Source: Paramecium tetraurelia (Eukaryota). From it: a stretch of 45,967 nucleotides of DNA. Positions 36,147 to 45,967 of the stretch are shown piece by piece (position 1 is the first letter of the stretch; the number at the start of each line of letters is the position of its first letter). The position numbers and the translations under genes are program-made. The stretch covers positions 771,067 through 817,033 of the forward strand of contig CT868318.1 of assembly GCA_000165425.1 (NCBI GenBank). Reading direction: 5' to 3'. The notes under the pieces were generated by a model. That model saw only the letters and a program-made list of their open reading frames with translations. It did no database searches and was not told where the DNA came from.

Positions 36147-37677
36147 ATGTTGGCCAAACAAATATTCTTAGCAAGGGCATAAAATAAACCTCAATAAACA
36201 GGGAAAATTGAATTCCCCACTCTTTTAGATTTGGCAATAGAGTAAGTGGCCCTAAGTTTTGATCTCTATTCTTAGTTGCCTGGTATACCAGAAAAAATAA
36301 GATATCAAGTATTCCATCTTAATAATCAATAGATTATATCAAAAGCACCGAAAACTTTGCCTGTAACAATCACTTACAATAGTATTGAAGATGAAAATTA
36401 TTGGAAATAAGCATGCGAAACAAAATGGAAAGGCACTCACAGAACAATTAATATCTGCAAACATAGTTACAGTTTTAAAATCGCTTATATGGAAAATTTC
36501 CTTGAAGAATACTTAAAATCCATAAAAGTAACACTTGAATTCAAATATAGAGTTTAGATTCTTAAGAAGAAAAAGATGAATTATAAGCAATATTAAAAGC
36601 AGTCAATAATTGGGTTTACTCCCTTAATATATCATAAACTTAATGCAATATTGATATCGGGTTTTTATGCTAATACTTGCCATGCCTATAGAATTTGACA
36701 GTTATATATGGAGTTAAAGTAAATTTATACAAATATTCAATTTAGACCACTGGAATAGATCAAACAAGAAAAGAAATCTTGGGCATGAAATTAAGTTAAG
36801 CAGCTGAATTAGGAGAAGCAATCTCTAAGCATTGTAGAAATCTTGTATACACTTTCATTTATATTAGTAATCTTTATCTTTACCCTCTAATTTAATTGAT
36901 GATGATCTTTTGAGATTGTTAATGACAGGAATAAATCTAGATATCTCTATCATAGAGTTGAATTTATCTCATAATAAAATTGGAGACTCAGGGTATATTG
37001 ATTTAATATCTTCAAGGGTAATAAGAATTGCAAAGTATTTGATGAGATCAGAAATCTTGCTCAAATTGGATTTATCTAACAATGCTATTGGATTAGTTGG
37101 ATCTAAAAATTTAGCATATGCTCTTTTATTCAATAAATCACTTGAACATTTGAATCTATCATTAAATTCTTTTAATGATATTGCTGGAGCCAACTTCTTT
37201 AGCAAACTTAGTTAAAATAAAAGCATCCAGCATTTGAATTTATCTGCAAATTAATTGGGGAGTTTAACTGCTGAGATGCTTGAAATCTATTTATCAGATT
37301 CTTCATGCACTCTTTAATCTTTGAATATTAGCAATAATAATTTTAGCGAAAATAATGATATTAAAGACAAAAATATCTTTGAAAAACTCAAGACTGGTTT
37401 AACAAAAAACACAAGTCTGATTCATTTTGATATTTCTCATTCTAAATTTAAAAGAAGTAAATGACTTGTTTTAATTAAGTTAATGCTGAAAAGGAATTGT
37501 AAGATATAATTGTTCAAAGCAGGTTAAAATAGAAGAAAATCCCATTTATTTCAAAAGAAGAATTCGAATACCAATAAACATAGAACAGATTAAGTAATGA
37601 GATTTTATATCATAGAAAAGGAAAAATTAGAAAAAGCAAAAACAAAATAAGTAGAAGAAGTAATCTCACCATAATGA
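36147..37677 (+). CDS. DRC5: DRC5/TCTE1-like leucine-rich-repeat protein (nexin-dynein regulatory complex)
   Basis: LPVTITYNSIEDENYWKQACETKW…KIAYMENFLEE N-terminal signature, then RI-like LRRs (LNLSHNKIGDSG, LDLSNNAIG, LNLSANQL). Confidence 0.75.
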
Positions 37678-37734
37678 AATAAATCCATAAATATTCAACA
37701 GATATATAATTTATTATTAAATATTATCTATGTG

Positions 37735-38749
37735 TCATTTTTTTACAATCTCTTCAATAAAAAGCATTTACTACTTCTGATCCAACCTACTATTTTTATC
37801 AAATAGTTTAAGCTTTCTATATAGAATTTATGTTATATATATTTCCCAAGCTTATTCTCCTTTTCATAATTTTTGCAGATCTTTTAATATTAGGACCTTA
37901 TTATTGATGAATAATGTAGCCTGTCCTTCTTCAGAGTTTCGATTCAGGAATTCAATATTTCTTTTTTTATGACGATGGAAACTTTCCATAAAAGGAAGTC
38001 TATGAGACATAATCATAAAAAGCATTTTATTATGCTTCTAGACATTATTTTATTGATAGGTGTTAATTTATCCTTATTTTTCTACTCAATATAAAACTAT
38101 AAGCTATCTTATATAATCTCTTTTTAAATATTTTAAATAAAAATTCATATCATTAATTCATATTCTTCTACTTATTATTTAATATTCAAAAATTTTAATC
38201 TGTATTAATTATTAAAGATTTTGTAAATTGCTTATTCTATTTGATTAGTTTACTTAGTTTTTTATAATAAAGAAATAAAAATCTTTACTTTTCTTCAAAA
38301 AATATTGTAAATTGAATTTGAATTTTAGTTTTTACATGTATTTTATGTTCCTAAATTTGAATTTTATTAATAAGCCCCTATTTATCACAATCACTATTGA
38401 TTTAATAAATATCCATAAAAAGTCCCTCTACCATTAACAAATCTGAAAAGAGAATAAATTTATATTTTTAGAGTACTCTCAAAATTAGATGTGTTTTATA
38501 ATGCTAATCCCCTTCTTTGCAAAATCTTTAATTTATTTAGTCATTTATTTATTATTATGAAATAATTGCTCCATTTGTCGTTTGTCAGCTATTCCTCTTA
38601 GCTTATATCATAAAAAGGCAAAAACAGTGTAAATTCTATTTATAATTGTATCTTTCTTGTCATATTCTTAATTTCTTTTGAAATATTATCGACATAATCA
38701 GATAGATTATTGAAAACAATTCGATAATTTATTCACCTATTGATTTCAT
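37735..38749 (-). pseudogene. Degenerate hypothetical gene
   Basis: Protein-like fragments and intron-like segments, but in-frame TGAs or frame breaks near 38660, 38540 and 37945. Confidence 0.3.
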
Positions 38750-38776
38750 TATTTTTTTTTTAAATTAATTTCTTCA

Positions 38777-41700
38777 ATGAGTTAATAAGAAATTGAATGT
38801 AGTACAGATTGTAAAGGTATTGGGCTAAATACTGAAAAAAAAGAGAAAACTCAAAATAGAATAACTATTGATTAAATACCTAATGTATTAAATATTTATT
38901 TGATCTTACTTAGAAAGGATTATCAAATTGCTATTGCCAACTTTCAAAAGGTCAAAAATCAAAATAATGTCAAAGTATGGGAAAATGTAAATATATTTTG
39001 GCAAATGAAGAAAATCAATTGTTGGACCTCACTTTATACAAATTTTTTAACGATATAAGCAATAGCCCCTCTAGTATTGAAGCTATAGCTTATAAAAAAA
39101 TAATTCATTGCATACGAGATTTTAATTCGATCAAAGATTAAAATGCTGAGTTGAACCTGAAACTTAAATTAATCAATAAAGCCTTAGAATTAGATGACTA
39201 ATTCCAAGATCAAGAACCAATAGAAGAAAGTTATCCCAAACTTGCAGCAGAATTAAAGGACTCTCCTTAAGATTTTAAGAATAATTGTTTTATAAGATTT
39301 GCCATTTCGCTATAAGAATAGATAGATTAGGTATAATTGTAAAAATAAATTAGATTCTGGATGGGGAAGAAACTTTTTTTTTTTTTTTTTTTAAATAAGG
39401 ACTCGATTGTTCAATTTAAAAATCTATTTAGTTTTTACAAAGAGCAAACTAAAGAGAAATTGAGTATTTGGAAGGAACTTCGGGGTGTACAAGTGTTTCT
39501 AAATTAAAAAGCGATTCTTATAAAATAAGTTTAATCTCTATTCAAAAAAAAAAATTGGATTTTGAACCTCTAAAGAAAGAAAATCTATAACTTTTTAACT
39601 TTTATTTAGCTGACTGCTAAGATCAAGAACGCAAAGTAATAAATACAAGCAATATAAATTATAACATTCCGATTGAAAATTCTTTGGAATCATTGAAAGT
39701 AGCATTGAAGTTTTTTGTAAAAGAAAAACTGAAAGAATTCAAACCACATATCATAATTTTTTTTTTTGAAATTTCTAATACCCTAATCAAAGATCCTTAA
39801 GTATTTTATAAATTGGTTAAATCCTTTCATAAAATAACCTAAGGAAGATTAATAATTGTTCCTTAGATAGATCCATAATTTTAATTTAACAAAAGTGAGA
39901 TAATTTAGTTGTACATTAATTGCACTAATAATTGTTTTTTAGGATGTTTAAGAAATTAAAATACGCAAAAATTAGATTAAAATAGCATCATACAATATTA
40001 TGAGCAATTGTACCCTTATTTTGTTGAAGCAAATAACTAAAAAAAATAATAATATTATCGAAATTAATTAAAATCACTCTAAATTCAGAGATAATAAATA
40101 AATGAAAAACAATCTAGATAAAACCTACAAAAGGAGTTTCCTCTTATTGACAAAGAAGGAAATTTAGTCCTTTTGGAGTTGGGTTAAGAATTTGATTTTA
40201 CTCATACTTAGTATTTTGTAGAATATGATGATAACAACAATGGAGAATATGACGGATATATAATTTTTATACAAAGCAAAAGAGTTTAAGTAGTATATTT
40301 TTCAGAACAAAGTCAATCTAAAAACTCAAAACTATCAATTCTCAAAATTTATCAATTTCCATTACCCCAAAATTTAAACGGTGTCTATTTCTATGATTCA
40401 GAATAAAAAGTATTAATTTATTTCTTTGGTTACACTGAAACAGCTGAATTTAGTAGTGAAATTTAATTTCTTGAGATTTCAAATTAAATGGCTGAATGGC
40501 ATATAGTGAAATATTAACCATAATAAAAAAGAGTAGATGATGGTTCCTATTCTAACCCTTAATAAATTATCAACCTTATTAAATGCAGATCATAATTCTC
40601 TGTTACTAAAAATAGAATTGACGGCTACAATTGTATGGAAAGCAATTCTTATGTTTGCATAGGGGGTACTTATTATAGTGATAAGTACAATTATGGCTGC
40701 ATCATATAGGAAGTAGTTATTGAATTTAAATAAAAAGTTTATTCTACTAATATCGTTGAGAAATCAAAAATTGATAAATTTTATAAAGAATGTCCCAACC
40801 CATTACTAATTAGACTGAACGATGCTTTTGTTTTGTATTTTGAAAAAAATGGAAGCTTCAATGTCAACAACAATAATCCTTCTATAGTAAAATTATGTTT
40901 TTGGAAATCCAGGTAACATTTAATTCAAAATAACAAAATTAACTTTAAAGATTCTAAAACTTAACATTGGTTTTTACAGCTCCATCAGTATTTATCCTCT
41001 AATCATATAAACATAAGAATGTGTTAAGGAGACCTGTAAGTCGAAAATTTGTCACGTTTTAGAATACTCATAGAAGAATAGTCTCATCTAAAACAATCGT
41101 AACTTATTGAAAACAAAATTACTCTAAGGAGATACTTTATTTTAACAGTATCATTTTTTTCATTAAGAAATGAAATTCATATAGACTGCAAATAATTTTA
41201 AGTGAATTCTCATTCCTTTCTGAAATCAATACAAGATTTATAAAGGGAAGAAAGATAAGAGTTATATTAAAATGTAAAAATTTTGAAAAATTTAGTCTAT
41301 AGAAAATTTAAAAAATACCTTCATCTTCCATTACAAAGAATATGATCATTAATATCTCTTGTGCTATATTGATGAAACTAAAAATGTAGTGTTTAAAAGA
41401 TTTGTATTTTATGATCTTAAGACATAAGATAATGATGATTTTAGAGATTACTAAGAACTTATCTATTAAGACTGGGCATTCTCTAAAATATATTTAATTA
41501 GAAAATAGATAACATTGAATGACTGTCAATTAAGAATTTATGAATGGTACTAAATTATATAATTATTAGTCACCATATACATTTTTCAGATATTAAAGAT
41601 TCCTCAGATGATATATTACATCAAGTTCCTATTCATTAAATTTATCTGATTTCTGATTTCAAGAGCACCTATTAATTAATTGGATTTCATGTTGAAATAA

Positions 41701-42290
41701 AAAACGATGAGAATTTCGAAGGATTAGTATTAACCAATAAAAATTAGTATCAAATAGTAAATCAAAAAAAAACCATTACTCATACACAAACAAAGCTTAG
41801 CAAACCTTTAAATGTTAATACATAATAGAAATTTCTTTTTCTAAAATCCAAGTCCTCATATTATCTTTTTTACAAGAAATTACAATTTTAACAAGCAAGC
41901 GTAAAAAATGTCTCCCAAAATATAATTGAAATCAGATATTTGTTTTTGGATTAAACTTTTTAAGTTTTATCTGGAAATACATTATTATGTTCATTAAATG
42001 AACCTTTACCAATTTTTGGGCCTTTAGATGGTTTAATAAATACAATCAAATTATAAGAGAATCTCATGGAAATGTAAGTTTTGATTAACTCAAACACTAC
42101 GATTTTTAAATCATCCATAATATGTCGAGTTAATTAAGAAACAAATAAACTTGACCAGCTTAATGTGAATTCATAAACACCTTCTAAGAATGAAGGATTC
42201 AATATGTTTCCCTCAATCTAATCAAATAGAAAGAAAGGAGATTACATAGTTAAATAGTCTAAGGATCATTCTAAAATTTGCTGCGAATGA
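38777..42290 (+). CDS. Large protein (about 1,100+ aa): degenerate HDAC-like alpha/beta domain followed by a Kelch-like beta-propeller region
   Basis: Frame stays open with micro-introns (about 38885-38912, 39331-39353, others). 'INYNIPI…FVKEKLKEFKPHIIIF…SFHKITQGRLIIV'; later 'LIYFFGY…EWHIVK' and 'YVCIGGTY'; TGA 42288-42290. Confidence 0.6.
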
Positions 42291-43061
42291 ATGACTAAAA
42301 TTACACTTATTATCTCTTGAAATTTAAATAATTTATTTTATTCTCTTATTGTTTTTCTTTAATGACTAGAATATTATTTATATAATAAGATATTTTATAA
42401 TTTAAATATTTAAATTAGTTTAATTTTATACAAACTAAAAATCAACTGGTTAATTGTACGTAAATTATTTACCCTTATATTATTGAATTTTACATTAATC
42501 GTTAAATCTATTTCAATTTTCAATCTAAAATAGTTTTTGAAGAGCTATTTTTTGTCAATAAATTCATCAACCAGGAACTATGAACAATTAGATATTAAGA
42601 AATATTTTGTATAATTATAACTAAAATAATATTATCATAGAGAAATCTTTAAATCCAATTTATTTCTTTCCATATCTATGTATTCTATAAAATAAATTAC
42701 ATCGTCCATAATTATCCCAAATGAACCTTCAAATTTTATACATATAACACTCTTTTATTTCCTAAAGTTTTAATAAGTAATAAAATACCTAAACCTAAAT
42801 AGTAGATTCTTGAAATAAGTCTTCATAAAAGATATATCACTTATTACTTAGACTTAGAGTTCTGTCTGAAAAATCCAATAAATTAGATGATTCTCAATTA
42901 CTAATACAATTGCTCAGTATATTGTTATTGTTTTCACGCTTTCATTATTTATCAATATTGAAAATACAATTCATTCTAGATCCTTATTTCATATTATTAA
43001 TCAAAAGGGGGAAAATATTTAGGCAAATATGTAGCAATTTCAAAAAATATATATAATTAGC

Positions 43062-43938
43062 TCAAATTTCTTAACTATTGACTTAAGTTGGTGTTACTAA
43101 CTCCTCTAAATTATGCTCAGATTATTAAAAATTAAATCCTGCTTACTCTCTCATATTAATGGACTGCTGTTAGTCAGCTCCTGATGAATTTTTATCATTT
43201 TCGTTATCACTGTCATCATTAAACTAAAATGCAATTTCATCGATCAAATATTTTTCTTTTTTTTGTTTGTTCTTTCTATTTGGAGTATTGGATTATTTCT
43301 ATGTTTTAACTTAACTTTATTGTTTATGTATTTGAGATTAGTGAGAGTCTGGTATTGCTTCTTAATCACCCAAATTGATATGCTAATTATTTTAAATTGC
43401 TTCTTGACTTTTAATTTGAACTTGAGTTTTTTTATTAAAGAAGAATTTTTTCAGAATTATTCCAATCAGAGCCAAAAACAAAATGAGTCCAAAAAAAATT
43501 AAAATAGTTAATCCCATAATATTTATTATAATGTAAATGATTTTTGACGATTTCTACATTTTAGTAATCTTTTGAAGTAATACAGACTCCTAACTTAACC
43601 ATTACTTTAGTTGGCACTTTGAAAAATTCTTAACATTTTCAGTTTCAATTTTATTTAAAATATCAAAATCGAATAAAGCAGGAGCTTTTTTCATTATTTT
43701 TTCTTCATTTTTAAATAAGACTTAAAGGAAGATTGTAGAATCTTATTGAACTTTCCTACCTAAAAGAAAATTGTGTTATAATTTATTATTTGTTTAAACA
43801 AAATAACAAAATAAAGAAGAGATTCTATTAAAAAATTACAAGGATGATGTATTAAAAGCTAAGTAGATTAGTGATTCTAATATTTTTTATTTGATTAAGA
43901 ACTAAAGCATCAAAAATGAGTAAAATTATCCATATCAT
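43062..43938 (-). CDS. Hypothetical membrane protein (signal-like N-terminus, one TM, acidic/Q-rich tail)
   Basis: MIWIILLIFDALVL…; TM FFGLILFLALIGIILKKFFF; tail to …TQVNSQEI*; 5' splicing uncertain. Confidence 0.5.
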
Positions 43939-43981
43939 ACATTTGGCATAAATTAATTAATATATTAATAATAAATATTAT

Positions 43982-45967
43982 ATGAACAGAGCAAGTCGCC
44001 ATTCTCCGCGCTATCAAAATTTAAATGATAATAAAAAATAAATATAGCAACTTAATGAATTGGCAATAAGCTAGTCCCATAGAATTAATGATTTTGAAAG
44101 AAAACTAAAAAACATGCTAAAAAAATTAAATGATTCTCAAAGCTTTCAAGTAGATTAAAATTCTAATCAAATTTCTGAGCTAGAAGATGAAAAGGAAGAT
44201 TCATAGCTGAATTTATTTCTTCCAGATTGTATTTTTAAGAAAACTGATTGCGGGCAAATATTTGATTAAAAAGAAAATTAGGATTAATAATTGAATGTTA
44301 TGAGCAATAATGAAGAGTAGTTTTTTGTTGTAGGTTAAAAACCATACTCTGAATAAAAATAAGAAATTAATTGTTAAAATTCACATCAAGATAAAGTCTA
44401 GCATACATATTTATAATAAAATTAAAATAATGAGGGTAAAGAATTCTTTAAGGCAGAAATTTAGTTGAATGAATTGAGCTTTTAAAATTAATATGAAAAT
44501 TTGGAAGAGTTCAATGAAATTTTAATTTATCAAGAAGAAAGTAAACCATAAAGTGATGAAAAATAACTGAGCCAAGAATGCAGAGAAATCGACAATCAGA
44601 ATAATTAAACTGATGAGATACAAAATTAAGTTTAGCTTAATTAAAGGTAAGTTGATATAATTTAATAAAATATAAGAAAGGAAAACCAAGGATAGGAGAA
44701 TAAACTTTAGAATTTTCTTCTTAAAATAACAAAGTTATTATAGGATAAAGACTAAAAAATAATTAAACTGTTAAACAAGGAGCTAATTCAAGAAAATATC
44801 TTATAAAACATAGTGGAAAATGAAATAGAAAAATTAAATGTTCAATTCAATAAAATGTCTTAAAAATAAGGTTAACAACTTAAAAAATTGGAAATGTAAT
44901 TGCAAATTATAATGTCAGAAAAAATTGATTAAATTATGGCAATGGTACGCTAAATTTTCAGAATTAACCATTAGAGCAAAGATGAAGACTTAATAGATAA
45001 TTTGGTTGTTAGAAAGGGATCTATTAATTATTAACAGATTGAAGAATATAAGGTAAAATAGTATGAATTATAATATGAACTGGAAGAGTCAAGTTAAAAG
45101 AATGATGCTCAGATTAAATACGAACCAAGTAATAATTGGGATTAGAATAGTAATATTAGTGATATTGTAAATAAATCTATACACAAAATAAATGATTAAT
45201 CTCTCTCATAAAATGATGAAAAAGATAATAATATTTAAAACTTTTTAAATTCTATAGCCAGTCTTTAATAATAAAATATTTAGTAAGGGGAAGGACTTAT
45301 AATTAATCAAAAACATAGAAAATCAATTTCAGACTAATTCAATAATCAAAAAGAAAATATAATTCAATAAAAAGAAGTTAATATGCTAGATACAGAATAA
45401 GAAAAATATAATGGTGTTAACTAAACATTCAACGAAATAAATTAATCTATGAATAAAAGCGAATAATTATAATTAGAAATCTTAATTAATGAGAAATAAA
45501 ATTTCGTGAATAATTTTTTAATAGATCTTGAAGAAAGAAACAAAATAGAAATTCAATTTGAATAAGATGAAAAAATATAAGATTTAATTATAAAAATTAA
45601 GGAAATATAAAAACACTAAATAAATAATAATGTTGTAGAATACATTAATTATAAGTTAAATAAATTAATAAGATCTAATTTATAATAATAATAATAAGAA
45701 TAATTGGGGAAAAATATCTTAATAGAAAAAGATAATGAATTAACAGAAATAATATAGGAAAAAAACTAAAATAAAGAAAATCAAGAAGAAATTAAAGGAA
45801 ATTAGGTAGAAGAAGATGTTAAACAATTATTAATATATTAAAATAAATAAAATAAGTAAGAAGTAAAATTAGAGGAAAAGGATAAGGAAAAAGGAAATTT
45901 AATAAATTAAATAAATTAAGAATAGAAAAAGTTGTCATATATTTAAATTAATATATTAAAAGAATTA
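43982..45967 (+). CDS. Hypothetical E/Q/N/K-rich coiled-coil protein, truncated at the window end
   Basis: MNRASRHSPRYQNL…; strongly purine-skewed open frame running off the end. Confidence 0.65.

Noticed and set aside
1..45967. Telomeric repeats, transposons or retained IESs
   Set aside because: No C4A2/C3A3 arrays or transposase motifs seen; TA-bounded IESs cannot be called without a MAC/MIC comparison

Overview
AT-rich, gene-dense eukaryotic DNA that reads as ciliate macronuclear chromosome, most likely Paramecium. Genes stay open only if TAA/TAG encode Gln and TGA is the sole stop. Introns are tiny (about 21-29 nt, GT..AG) and intergenic gaps are often under 50 nt, so the supplied standard-code ORF track only shows fragments. 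Manual translation gives about 30 genes. Recognisable ones are a FtsX/MacB-type permease, SF-assemblin, a Rab GTPase, mitochondrial DnaJ, a probable mitoribosomal mL53, a Tubby-domain protein, MORN and Pumilio proteins, a class II DAHP synthase, HGPRT, an R2R3 Myb, uridine kinase, a hybrid histidine kinase and DRC5/TCTE1; the rest are hypothetical proteins or decayed stretches. I saw no rRNA, tRNA, CRISPR, telomere or transposon, and no multi-gene novel system that I can support. The best leads are: a short 'type IIB-like' DAHP synthase lacking the allosteric insertion; a probable myristoylated PP1-docking protein; a candidate hairpin-forming micro-intron; a pseudo-HDAC/beta-propeller protein; and two divergent gene pairs each separated by exactly 37 nt. 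All models were translated by hand and family calls come from remembered motifs, not database searches.
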